A stretch of DNA of 64,000 nucleotides from an uncultured Spirochaetota bacterium. Lineage in GTDB: Bacteria; Spirochaetota; Spirochaetia; SZUA-6; Fen-1364. Position 1 is the stretch's first letter. Each line of letters opens with the position of its first letter. The DNA lies in contig CAWGAA010000003.1 in NCBI GenBank assembly GCA_963820525.1, forward strand, positions 1 through 64,000, given 5' to 3'. Position numbers and translations under genes: made by a program. The notes beneath the pieces are model-generated. The model saw nothing but the letters and a program-made list of their open reading frames with translations. It searched no databases and was not told the DNA's origin. Shown one piece after another: positions 39,471 to 49,803 of this stretch.

Positions 39471-40796
39471 CTAATAGTCTTTGCCGAGAACCGCCGGTGG
39501 AATCTTACCATGCAACTTGAACCAGCGGATTGGGTTGTCCCTCAGTAGCCACTTGCCAACACTGAAAGCCCTTTCTTCGGTCATGGACTTCTCCATTACC
39601 TTGTCAGCAAGCACCTTCGCGATGTTCTCTCTCGCCATCACTGCGTGTCCGTAGCTTCCTTCAATGAAAATGAAATCTCCTCCAAAACCATGGATCTTGT
39701 TTGCCGGAATAGCATCCAGAAAATCGCTCAAGGCCCGACGCCCCGCAGCAGGATTGATGACCCACATCCAACAGAAATCCACTGTTACATTGGGAAAGTT
39801 CTTGGCCAATGTCACCAGCTCCTCCTGGTAGGGGTAGCTTATGTGGTAAATATCGAAGCGCACCTTTGGGTACTTGAAGAATAGGTTTGCCAGCAGTGTT
39901 GCCCTCGAGTTGCCGATAGTATTCCCGTTTCCCTCCTGTAAGCCCGTATGGAACTTCACCGTAAGGTCTTCCCTCGCACATTGCTGCAAGCTGAAATGAA
40001 CAAGATAGTCCTGAACCGCCCGCAACTCATCAATCGAAGGTAGACCAATGTTGCGCTCCCAGGCTGCATTCAAGAGGCGATTGAATATGGGCTCGATCTC
40101 CGACCGGGAGCGATCGGGAAACGCAATCGGCCGGAAATACGCCAGCGGGATCTTTAGCGCAGCAGCTTGCGATGCGTACGCCCTGAAACGCTCTTCAATG
40201 GATTCCAGGTAGTCGTCGAGGCAAAGTATTTCCCGCCCCCAGTGATCCTGCCAGCCCACCTCTTGTATCATTAGATGAGGAGAGAGCAAGTCCTGTATGA
40301 ATAGGCTGCGATCATAGTCCGGCGTCCACATTCGAGGGATAGGCCCAAGCCTGTCAAGACGGTTCCATAAAGCTATTGCTATCCCGGCTTTATTGAACGC
40401 CTCACGGTAGAATCCTGGCCTTCGTCGTTCATTCATTAGTTTTGACAACGGCTCTACCGTATTCTCGTTCAAGCCCTCCAACCCGTATAAGTCGCGGACA
40501 GCAAGTTCGAGGCAACGCCCGTATCCCGTTCCCCGCACGAAACCCCAGTAGGGTTCGATCAGCTTCCACTTCTCCCGTGGGCTCAATGTGTGGTCAGTCT
40601 GAACCTTCTCGACATCCTCCAAAGGGCAGCCAGCAGAGACGAGGTCACAATTTGCATAATGGACAAAAAGTCGCCCGAAGTCGACGCGCTGAGCGCACAG
40701 CTCTTCCTCTGTGTCCAGGTGTTCGTGCGTATCGATAATGCGTACGCTATCCAGATACTTTCGTATTTCCCCTTCAAGCCCTCTATCCGTAGGCAT
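39471..40796 (-). CDS. Amidohydrolase-superfamily protein (uronate isomerase-like)
   Basis: IIDTHEH, KFHTG, DIYH and GFGGD. Confidence 0.85.
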   Translation of the reverse strand: MPTDRGLEGEIRKYLDSVRIIDTHEHLDTEEELCAQRVDFGRLFVHYANCDLVSAGCPLEDVEKVQTDHTLSPREKWKLIEPYWGFVRGTGYGRCLELAVRDLYGLEGLNENTVEPLSKLMNERRRPGFYREAFNKAGIAIALWNRLDRLGPIPRMWTPDYDRSLFIQDLLSPHLMIQEVGWQDHWGREILCLDDYLESIEERFRAYASQAAALKIPLAYFRPIAFPDRSRSEIEPIFNRLLNAAWERNIGLPSIDELRAVQDYLVHFSLQQCAREDLTVKFHTGLQEGNGNTIGNSRATLLANLFFKYPKVRFDIYHISYPYQEELVTLAKNFPNVTVDFCWMWVINPAAGRRALSDFLDAIPANKIHGFGGDFIFIEGSYGHAVMARENIAKVLADKVMEKSMTEERAFSVGKWLLRDNPIRWFKLHGKIPPAVLGKDY

Positions 40797-40986
40797 AGCG
40801 ACCTCCAGTAATTATTGTAACCTCTCGAGCCCGCTCAAAGCACAGCTCAGCATCCGCGGAGAAAATGCACCACCTCGAAATTCGTAAATAGAGAATTCAC
40901 CTATCCTTTCCTACCCGATCTGAATTCATTCAGCGCTACGACCGCGCTTGCGGCGCTCCCTATTATCAGAATTTGATATGTCCGTT

Positions 40987-42492
40987 TTAGGTTAAGTACA
41001 TGCCAATGCGCTCACTGATTTCCTCGTAGCTCAAATGCCTTTCATTCAAATCTTCCAGCTCACCAGCAATTCTGAAATCCCTAAATACAAGTATGCGCCT
41101 GGCTAAATCTATCATTTCAGCCATCTCCGATGAGATCAAGATAATACTTTTACCCTCATCATTTGCCATTTTCCAGATCAAGTCATGTATATACTCTTTG
41201 GCTCCTACATCAACGCCAATTGTTGGCTCATCGAGTATCAGGATATCGCAATCGGCGACAAGAGATTTGGAAATAGACACTTTCTGCTGATTCCCGCCGG
41301 AAAGATTGTTGACTATCTGCATAGGCGATGGCGTCCGTATGTCCAGTTTTTGTATCATTGACATTGTCTGTTCAAATTCTTTTCTAGGACTTATAAAGCG
41401 CGTTATTCGTGATGCAAGCCTTTTCCATATCGTTATATTGACGTTCGTATTCACAGATGCGCTTAGTATTAGACCCTCTTCTCTTCTGTTTTCTGAGATA
41501 TAGCCTATTCTGTACTTCTGCAGACTGTCATGTACTGAGGTGATTTTTGCTTTTTGGCCTTTCACGATTATCTGACCCGATTCATACGGGTATTCGCCTA
41601 TGACTGTCTTTGCTAGTTCTGTACGCCCTGAGCCAACCAGTCCGTAAAGTCCAAGTATCTCACCTTTATAAAGCTTGAGACTTATATTCTTAAACAACTT
41701 GCTAGTCAGATTTTGCAGTTCGAAAACTGGAGCCGACCTGTCACTCTTGAGATAGCCTCGCCACTCATCTCTTGGATTCCGACCTATCATCATGTTGACA
41801 ATATTCTCTCTCAACAAGCCTTCGACAGCTCGCGTGCCTACGCATCTTCCATCACGCAGGACGGTTACCACATCGCAAATCTCTAGTACTTCCTCCAGTT
41901 TATGTGACACAAATACAATGACCACGCCTTGTGATTTCAGTTTTCTTAGCAGCCTGAACAGGTTTTCGACTTCATTTGACGTCAGTGAAGACGTAGGCTC
42001 GTCCAGCAGCAAGACCTTCGCGTCTGCCGATAGCGCTTTTGCGATTAGGGCCAACTGTTTTTGAGCTGTGCTCAATCGCCCTATTTCGATATTCGGCGGT
42101 ACGTTCAAGCCCACTATTTGCATGTACTTACTTGCTTCTTTTTTCAGTTTCTTCCAGTCGATGGCAAGCGATTTTTTAAATAGGTAGAGCTTATCCAGCA
42201 TGATGTTTTCTGCAACAGTGCTCAGAGGGATTACTTGAATTTCTTGGCTGACAAGGCTTATTCGCCTATCGATTGCATCCTTGAAATCATGAAGGGCGAG
42301 CGCTCTTCCGTCGAGAAAGATTTCGCCCTCATCGGGCTTGTAGACACCACACATGATGTTGATCAATGTTGATTTTCCCGCTCCGTTTTCGCCTAACAGA
42401 GCATGTATCTCGTTTTCATTGAACGCCATCGATACATTATATAGCGCCTTAACCCCGGGAAAGGATTTGCTTACTGATTTGATCTCAAGCAC
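40987..42492 (-). CDS. Sugar ABC transporter ATP-binding protein (RbsA/MglA type)
   Basis: GENGAGKST, LLDEPT and LSGGNQQKV. Confidence 0.95.
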   Translation of the reverse strand: MLEIKSVSKSFPGVKALYNVSMAFNENEIHALLGENGAGKSTLINIMCGVYKPDEGEIFLDGRALALHDFKDAIDRRISLVSQEIQVIPLSTVAENIMLDKLYLFKKSLAIDWKKLKKEASKYMQIVGLNVPPNIEIGRLSTAQKQLALIAKALSADAKVLLLDEPTSSLTSNEVENLFRLLRKLKSQGVVIVFVSHKLEEVLEICDVVTVLRDGRCVGTRAVEGLLRENIVNMMIGRNPRDEWRGYLKSDRSAPVFELQNLTSKLFKNISLKLYKGEILGLYGLVGSGRTELAKTVIGEYPYESGQIIVKGQKAKITSVHDSLQKYRIGYISENRREEGLILSASVNTNVNITIWKRLASRITRFISPRKEFEQTMSMIQKLDIRTPSPMQIVNNLSGGNQQKVSISKSLVADCDILILDEPTIGVDVGAKEYIHDLIWKMANDEGKSIILISSEMAEMIDLARRILVFRDFRIAGELEDLNERHLSYEEISERIGMYLT

Positions 42493-42564
42493 AAATCCGC
42501 CCTTTTCTTCGCAAAATGTCCTGCCGGCCCGTAAGGCCGGTAGGACATGATTCGTAAATCACTC

Positions 42565-43587
42565 TCACTTAGAGAGATACTTCACTGTCAGATCAGCTTT
42601 GATTTGCGTTGTTACCTTTTTTAGATCTTCCTTGTAGGTCCTTACATTGTCCTTATTCAGAACAACGATTCCAGCGTTTATCAAATATGGGGCTCCCTTG
42701 GCCGGCTTATAGCCTTTGGCCATGAGCTCCAATATCGACATCGCCAGATATCCTTGACCATACGGGTTTTGTGCGATTGAGCCATCAAGGTATCCCTTCT
42801 CAATTGCATCGAGAATAATGGGGTCATCGTCTATCCCAACGCACCTCAAGTGAATTCCGTTCTTCTTCTCGAAGTCCGTGAGGAACTTCGCAAGAGCAAC
42901 CGTAGGCACAAAACCTGTTACGATCGCTCCCTTGACGTTCGTCATGTTTGCAGACACAGCAGCTTCGATCTTCTCGATAGCCTCCTGCTCAGATCTGATG
43001 TTCGCAATATCCACAAGGGTTATATCTGGATACTTCTCTTTTACCTCATAAATTGAATCTTTGCGAATCTTCGTGTTAGGGTCTTCGAGGAGTTCAAGTA
43101 CGTTGATGATTGTTCCCCTACCTCCAACTGCCTTGAATACGGTCTCAGCAGCTATCTTGGCGGCATAACCCACATCTGTCATCACTGCGAAGCTGGCTGG
43201 AGTAGGCTGAATGGATGAAGCACCATATTGTACAATGGCACCGCCTTGCTTCACGACTTCAGAATAAAGACCGTTACTCGCACTTGGATCAGAAGGAAAA
43301 GCGGCCATGAACTTATAGCCTTGAGCAACGAGAGCAAGAACACCTGTGTTCATGCTGTCCTGGTTCCAATCCGGGCCTACTTGGATTTTTACTTCGATGT
43401 TCGGATTGTCAGCGGCAAAACCTTCCGCCCCCTTCTTGCACGCTTCACCGAATGGATGTGGAGCCGGGTAATACCAGCCGAGCTTGATTTTCCCTCCTCC
43501 TTTTTCACCAGCGCCTCCTGCCCACAGGCAAAACGTGCCTGCCAGTAGCATTAGAATTGCCGCTGCAAGGATTTTCGAACTTTTCAT
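42565..43587 (-). CDS. Sugar ABC substrate-binding protein (RbsB type)
   Basis: Signal peptide, VGIDD and IAQNPYGQGY. Confidence 0.9.
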   Translation of the reverse strand: MKSSKILAAAILMLLAGTFCLWAGGAGEKGGGKIKLGWYYPAPHPFGEACKKGAEGFAADNPNIEVKIQVGPDWNQDSMNTGVLALVAQGYKFMAAFPSDPSASNGLYSEVVKQGGAIVQYGASSIQPTPASFAVMTDVGYAAKIAAETVFKAVGGRGTIINVLELLEDPNTKIRKDSIYEVKEKYPDITLVDIANIRSEQEAIEKIEAAVSANMTNVKGAIVTGFVPTVALAKFLTDFEKKNGIHLRCVGIDDDPIILDAIEKGYLDGSIAQNPYGQGYLAMSILELMAKGYKPAKGAPYLINAGIVVLNKDNVRTYKEDLKKVTTQIKADLTVKYLSK

Positions 43588-43661
43588 GACTCGCTCCTCC
43601 TGTGAATTCTTCGATCGCTCCTTAATAATCCATCAACGATGGATCAATACACATTCCTGCC

Positions 43662-44627
43662 TCAGGTCCTTTCTCCCTTTGCGATTCGCATGCGGAAGAA
43701 GTCAACTCCGACAGCGAGTAGAATGATAAAACCAAGGAAAGTGGACTCGAAATAGATGTTGACTCCAAGCATGATAAGTCCATTGCGGATAAGCGCCATC
43801 AACAAGCCAGAGAAAAAGAAACCAAAAGGGGCTACTGTTCCACCTGCCAGTGACGTTCCGCCTAAAATGGAGACGGCAAAAGAAACAATCAACCAATCCT
43901 GTCCAGTTGCGGGTTGAGCAGTCCCCATGCGTGAAATCCACAACATAGCTGATATTGAGGCGAGAACACCTGAAATGATGTGAGCGAGCATAATCATTCT
44001 GTCAGTCTTTATACCCGAGAGTCTTGCGGCCTGTATGTTCCCGCCGGTAGCCAGCAAGTGTCTGCCCACTATTGTAAATCGAAACACGTAGAAACCGATA
44101 CAAAGCATGGCGATCATCAGAATAAGCATTAGAGGGAATCCTCCCACATCCCCTTTGCCTATGATAGTAAAGGAATCCGATATCAGATATGGCTTTCCTT
44201 TGGATATGCCATTCAATAGGCCGAGGTACACAAAACTCGTTGCGAGCGTGACGATAAATGTGTTCAAGCCCATTTTTGTTATAATCAGACCATTCACTGA
44301 ACCTGCTACAAAGCCTACCAGCAGTCCAGCGGCCACTGCTATTAAAGGATGAACATGAAACACTTCCATCATTACGCCCACAATGACCGTTGTGAGGCCT
44401 CCAATTGAGCCGAGGGACAGGTTCATCCCCCCTACCACTAGCACTACTGCCTGTCCCAGGGCGATGAAAACGTTCTGTGACGCTGAGCGAAACACATTGA
44501 AAAGGTTGAACGGTGTGAAAAAGGCCTCGGCAGAGACTGAGAAGACGATGAACAGAACAATCGTCGCAATAATAGTACTGGAATCGTTGCGCTTTAGAAA
44601 TGAACGGAAGATATTCTGCTTCTGCAT
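43662..44627 (-). CDS. Sugar ABC permease (RbsC type)
   Basis: GGMNLSLGS, GGNIQAARLSGI and ILGGTSLAGG. Confidence 0.93.
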   Translation of the reverse strand: MQKQNIFRSFLKRNDSSTIIATIVLFIVFSVSAEAFFTPFNLFNVFRSASQNVFIALGQAVVLVVGGMNLSLGSIGGLTTVIVGVMMEVFHVHPLIAVAAGLLVGFVAGSVNGLIITKMGLNTFIVTLATSFVYLGLLNGISKGKPYLISDSFTIIGKGDVGGFPLMLILMIAMLCIGFYVFRFTIVGRHLLATGGNIQAARLSGIKTDRMIMLAHIISGVLASISAMLWISRMGTAQPATGQDWLIVSFAVSILGGTSLAGGTVAPFGFFFSGLLMALIRNGLIMLGVNIYFESTFLGFIILLAVGVDFFRMRIAKGERT

Positions 44628-44903
44628 CTTTGCTAGCTCTGAAACTTCATTCGATTTGCAGAGGCTAGATACACATTATCGTCGCGCTGTTTCCTGAAAG
44701 CAATATCTAAAAAGCTATACTTTCCCTTTAAAAAATTGACAAATTCACCCTTAAAACTTGAAACTGGGCTATTTTCTCTTTTTGAGAAGAATTTCCAAAG
44801 GGTCTTCCAGATACAAGACAAGGCTGCAGCAATATCCGCAGAACAGAGACCCACTGACGAGTGCGGCTTGAATCTCTCAATCCGCACGACAAGCTGCCCC
44901 GGT

Positions 44904-46607
44904 TCAGGCCCTTATCCTTAGCTGCGATGGATAAAATCCCTTATACTTTTTGAAGAGGGTGTAGAAATAGCTTACATTCGAATACCCGACGCGCTTCGCA
45001 ACCTGGCACGCCTTTAGGGTTTTGAACCGGAGGAGCTCTTCAGCCTTCCGCAGTCGAAGGTCGTTCAGATAAGTCGTGAAAGACATCCCTATTGCGTCGT
45101 GCAACAATCGCCCAAGGTACGTAGAGGAGAGATTGAACTGACAAGAAAGCACCTTCAGTGAGAGCTGCTCAGAGTAGTTCCTATTGACGTACCGGATTAT
45201 TCTATCTATCTTGCTTTCAGCCCGCTTCTCAAACATGATGGTTCTGATCACATCTTTCGAGATCCGACAAAGCCATTCCAGGGTTTTTCTTGGTGTCTTC
45301 TGGTTGAAGAGGTTCTTATAAAGACTCTCGAAGTCACTCAAGAGGGTCTGTTCATCCAAATCATTGATTCTCAGGAGATGAATGAGAATTGAGAGAACTT
45401 CGATTGAGAAGCCGCGGAAGAACTCCGGCGTTATGAGCTCTGACTCAACAAATGTGTTGTAAACATCCTCGAAGAACTTATCGACCTGGGTTTCATCCCC
45501 GTTTAGGATGGAAGCGGTGAGGAGCTGTAAAGAGACGCTGGAAAACTCAGGCTTCTTTAGCAGGAAGTCATCGACATTTTCCCGGGTTATGATGTTCACA
45601 GGAAGATTGTTGACAGGTTCGATAGCTAGGCCGTTGAACCAGTCAGCAGCTATCTTCATTGGCAGGGCGCCATCCGCCTGAGCAGGCTGGAATGTGAGCG
45701 CGTGGAGTTTTCCTTCCTTCACCAGCTGCATTCCCTTCTGCGTGTTGCCTGCGCTAACCATGATGATATCTTCTCTTCCAGCCTTCCTTATCGCCTCGTT
45801 GATCCCGTCCAGCCATGTTCTGTCGTCTGGGCATATGATCCCCTGTAATCCATGCCCGAACCTCCTGATCCAGCCCGTCACCAAGTTCATAGTCCTTTCG
45901 GCGCTAATCTCACCTTCTTTCCCAGCCGGACTCATTGCCAGACACTTCATCTTCGGGGCGAACTTCTTCAACTCCGTAATGACAGAGTATGTTCTGGAGT
46001 AATAGCAGGAGGTCCCCGGTAGGTGGCGGACGATAACATACCCGCCTTCGAATCCCATGCTCTTAGCGAAATGCCGCGCTAGAATTCGAAACGACCCCCA
46101 ATCGTCAGGGCCACACCAAGAGATGATGTACTTATGCGCTTCGACTTTAGGCATCAGGTTGCTTACGATTATCGGGATACGCTGCGCGTGCATTTCCTTT
46201 ACCCAACTCGTGCACGCCTCTATGTTAATGGGCACCAAGATCACGAGGTCTGGCTTCTCCCGGATCGCCTTTGAAACTTGCCTGCTCTGTCCTTCCATGG
46301 TCATATCCGCAGTCAGCGTCAGTAGCCTGACACCATATCTTTCCGCGATCTTGGATAGACCTTCAGCAAAAGCAGGAAAATACGGATGACGCGTGCCTGG
46401 CTGTAGGTAAACAACTTTCTTGCCCTTGGGGCCGTTTCCCGGGGATTCTGGCAGATTGACTTTCTTGATCCCCCAACCTGCATACTCCATGTTGTACCAG
46501 TGCCGTTCATCATCTCTTGGAAATCGCTCGGCTCTCTGTGGGCGGGGCGGGATGTCCTTGCCCTTCGTGTTCCACAATATCAGTAGACGGTCTTCACTAA
46601 AAAGCAT
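44904..46607 (-). CDS. AraC-family regulator fused to an RbsB-like sugar-binding domain
   Basis: PBP-like core (KPDLVILVP, CGPDDWG, LTFQPAQADG) and C-terminal AraC HTH (VGYSNVSYFYTLFKK). No signal peptide. Confidence 0.85.
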   Translation of the reverse strand: MLFSEDRLLILWNTKGKDIPPRPQRAERFPRDDERHWYNMEYAGWGIKKVNLPESPGNGPKGKKVVYLQPGTRHPYFPAFAEGLSKIAERYGVRLLTLTADMTMEGQSRQVSKAIREKPDLVILVPINIEACTSWVKEMHAQRIPIIVSNLMPKVEAHKYIISWCGPDDWGSFRILARHFAKSMGFEGGYVIVRHLPGTSCYYSRTYSVITELKKFAPKMKCLAMSPAGKEGEISAERTMNLVTGWIRRFGHGLQGIICPDDRTWLDGINEAIRKAGREDIIMVSAGNTQKGMQLVKEGKLHALTFQPAQADGALPMKIAADWFNGLAIEPVNNLPVNIITRENVDDFLLKKPEFSSVSLQLLTASILNGDETQVDKFFEDVYNTFVESELITPEFFRGFSIEVLSILIHLLRINDLDEQTLLSDFESLYKNLFNQKTPRKTLEWLCRISKDVIRTIMFEKRAESKIDRIIRYVNRNYSEQLSLKVLSCQFNLSSTYLGRLLHDAIGMSFTTYLNDLRLRKAEELLRFKTLKACQVAKRVGYSNVSYFYTLFKKYKGFYPSQLRIRA

Positions 46608-46662
46608 ACGGAATCTCCAATAAAAGGGCCCCACGAAGCATTGAAGGCACGGTCAGCGAGCG

Positions 46663-48640
46663 ATTGATAGCAACTACTATAGGTCCTCTGCGGGTGATTG
46701 CCAAGTGGTGAGGCCGCGAGGCGGCATAAAGCGGGTCTTGCAAGCCGTGAGCTGCGGATTGAGTAGCCGCCCATGAGGGGCATCAAGGGGAGAATCGACG
46801 CGCGAGTTGCGGCGGGCAGAAGAAGGGATGCCATCGCTCTCTGTATCCACACTGAAAGGACGGACTGGCCCCCAGGGTGGAGGGAGGGGAGAGGAATCAG
46901 TTCAGCGACGCGGGGTGCAAGCCGGGTGGAGCCTTGCCGGTCTTGATGAGATGTCGCAGGATCTTGAGGACCTGCTTGGGGTCTGTGATGACGGCAAGCA
47001 CCTTCATCGGTTCGCCGCATCGCGCGCAGATCAACGGATCCGCGTCGTAGACCTTCTTGATCAGCCGAGCCCAGGCGGCACGGCTCTGCTTGGCCGACAC
47101 GGAGTCATCGGATTGGTGATCGTCGGGTGCACTGATGCGAACGGAAAGGTGGGGTGAATGCGCGCTCTTCCAGCCGTCGGGAGCGAGCCGCACGATGTAC
47201 GGGCTGGTAAGCCATGTGCCTCGACCGCGCGAGGAGTACAACCCGTAGCCGCGGATCAAGCGTGTGCGCGAGTCGGGCAGGTGCTGCAGGACCTCGGCGA
47301 CAAACTCGGTGGCGGGGAAGACTTTGGTGTCGGTGCGGAAGTAGTCGTTGTAGGGGGCATGGTAGACGACGGTATCCGTGCCTCCCTCGTCCACGAGAAG
47401 CTTCTTCAGCGAAAGGGGCGGCCGCACGATGTACTGCGAGAGCGCTTGGGGGCCTTGAGGGAACCCACGGGGATGCGGACGGATCCGTCAACGGAGAAGC
47501 CGGAGTGAGTCCAATCGACCATGCTCCTCGCCAGTCGTTTGTTCAAGAGCTTCCGCTGCAGGAAGAACGCGATGACCCTCTGGCGGAACCATGCACTCAT
47601 CTTCGCGAGGTCCACGACGGGGAGGTGGATGAATCTCCCTGTTGACACCGCTCGGAAACTGACCCTTTCACCGCCCGGAAATTGACCCACCTCCAGCCCT
47701 ATCTCCGGTAGAATCAGGTTGCCTAAACCAATCCACCGGAGGGAAGGATACTGAAGATGGGTCAAGCGCATGTTATCAGGCACAAGGTCTTCATAGAAGG
47801 CCGTTCCATTCGTCAGGTCACCGCACGCACAAACGAAAGGCAAAAGGAGGGCGAGAAGCTTCGGGTTCAGCATAAGGAGCCCGAGTGACACGGTGTGTCG
47901 CTTCATGTATAGTCCCTACGGCTGGGGTGGGTCAATTTCCGAGCGGTGAAGTGGATCAATAACCGAGCGGTGTTAGCACTCCCCTCCTTGTCGAACCCTC
48001 CCTCCAGGAAAAGCCCGTGCCAGTGCGGGTTCCATCGAGCGAATTCCCCCGAGCTCTGGAACACGATGACGCCGCCGGTGCGGATCTCCTTGCCCGCGGC
48101 TGCCATGGTGAAATCCCGTACAAACCCATAGACGAGTCGGCTGATCTCGCCGTGAAGCCGGCGGTCGTGACGGAAGAACACCCGCAGCACCTTGGGCACG
48201 GTGAAGACGAACTGCCGATGAGGCAGCCGTAGCAGCAGTTGCTCATTCATGTACTCGCCGAACAGGAGGGTCCGTTTCTGGGAGCAGGAGGGACAGAGGT
48301 GGAATACCTTGCAGGAGAAGGGTCGAAAGTATTCGGTCCTGCATCGCGGGTTGGTGCACTGGATGCGCGCGATCCCCTTGGTGTAGTCGCCGCACTCAAG
48401 AAACCGCTCCACAGCCTTGGTGAGCCGATCCAGGCGGAACCGTCCCACACGCCGGGCGTAGTGCGCCTCGTATCGTGCCGAGAAGCCCCCAAAGTGGGTA
48501 CGGAACAGACTCTGGAGCGAGCTGGTGCCCCGCTGCCGGTATGTTCCGGGTGGCGTCGCATCCAGGGACAGCGCCAGTTGCTCTGCCACAAGGGAGTAGA
48601 TGGCCTCAAGAGCGTGCCGCTTGCTTCCTGCGGGCACGTC
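46663..48640 (-). mobile_element. IS91-like (rolling-circle HUH) element, transposase disrupted
   Basis: Zinc domain (CGD...C..C...FSCK...CPSC), HRQFVFTVP, HUH motif NPHWH, QYIVRPP, RLIRGYGLYS and DPLICARCG. Interrupted at 47640-47978 and frameshifted near 47450. Confidence 0.88.
47640..47978 (+). mobile_element. 339-bp non-autonomous IS21 deletion derivative (MITE-like)
   Basis: TGTTGACACCGCTCGG...CCGAGCGGTGTTAGCA termini with internal repeats. 5-bp TSD CTCCC at 47635-47639 and 47979-47983. Contains the istA start MGQAHVIRHKVFIEGRSIRQV. Confidence 0.88.
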
Positions 48641-48644
48641 CGAC

Positions 48645-49161
48645 GCAAAATGCTCTGGATTGGTGGTTCACCTGTTCGGGAAAGAGTACATGCGCCGATT
48701 ATTTGTCCAAGGAATATGGTTTTCAGGTTTATAGATGTGATGATTATATGTATAAACATATTGAAAAGTCCGATTCTGTAAAGAACCCGACAATGCATAA
48801 ACTTAAAGACATGACGTGGAATGAGATTTGGATGCGACCGGTTGACGACCAGATAATTGATGAAATCAATTTTTATTATGAAGAATTTGAGATGATTATT
48901 GAAGATATTGACGGGATGGAGTATTCAAATGGAATAGTAATTGAAGGAGCTGCAATTTTACCGGATTTGTTAAAAACTATTGGTGTAAAAGATAACCGTG
49001 TGCTATATTTGTTGCCTACTAGAGGATTTCAATATGAAAAATATTCAAAAAGGGAATTCATTAAAGATATTTTAAAGGAGTGCCTAAACCCGGAAAAAGC
49101 TTTTATAAACTGGATGGAAAGAGATCAAGGACTCTCAAAATATACCCTAACGTTGCAATAG
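48645..49161 (+). pseudogene. AT-rich P-loop kinase-like gene fragment
   Basis: LWIGGSP and CSGKST are split by a frameshift; IVIEG motif; markedly AT-rich. Confidence 0.7.
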
Positions 49162-49280
49162 ATCAGGGAGTTAAACGGCTGGGGCAAGACTTTCCATATA
49201 ATGCATTATTTCCTTTCGAGTTACTTCATTGCCACTCATAGTCAAACGAAAACGACCATGAGGTCGGGTCAAACGCCCTG

Positions 49281-49803
49281 GAGATATAACCGAAAGTTGT
49301 GGATGAGGCAAGAAAAAGAGCGTATCCTTCGATGTCCATCAGCCAAACGAAACACCGAAAGGAGTACGCTCATGGAGAAAGACAAAGGTAGTACAGTCAG
49401 CCACAAGATTCAAGAGCAAACATCCGGGATGCTCCTGGAAGAGCTCGCCCGTAAGGGAGCTCAGCAGATTCTGGCACAAGCCTTGGAGAACGAAATCAGT
49501 GAGTTCATCGAGAAGTACCAACAAAGCAGCGATGCGGAGGGCAGGCGGCAGGTTGTCCGCAACGGCTACATGCCTGCCCGCGATCTGGTGACGGGGATCG
49601 GGCCCGTGACGATTCGCCAACCGCGCGTTGACGATCGGCGGCTCGAGGAGACCGAGAGGTTCAGCAGTCGGATATTGCCACGATATTTGAGACGTGTGGC
49701 GAGCGTGGATAACCTGATTCCGATCCTCTATCTCAAGGGAGTGAGCACGGGGGACTTTTCCGAAGCCTTGGAAGCGATCCTTGGCCCGGGTGCTCCCGGG
49801 TTA
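49281..49803 (+). mobile_element. Truncated second IS256 (left IR plus transposase 5' part from 49372)
   Basis: IR GAGATATAACCGAAGTTGTGGAT resembles the end of the first IS256. Motifs VRNGYMP, RQPRVDDR and LYLKGVSTGDFSEAL. Ends at GAPGL. Confidence 0.88.

Noticed and set aside
49126..49280. Possible additional IS end truncating the AT-rich gene
   Set aside because: A composition shift is visible, but no partner IR, TSD or transposase could be identified.
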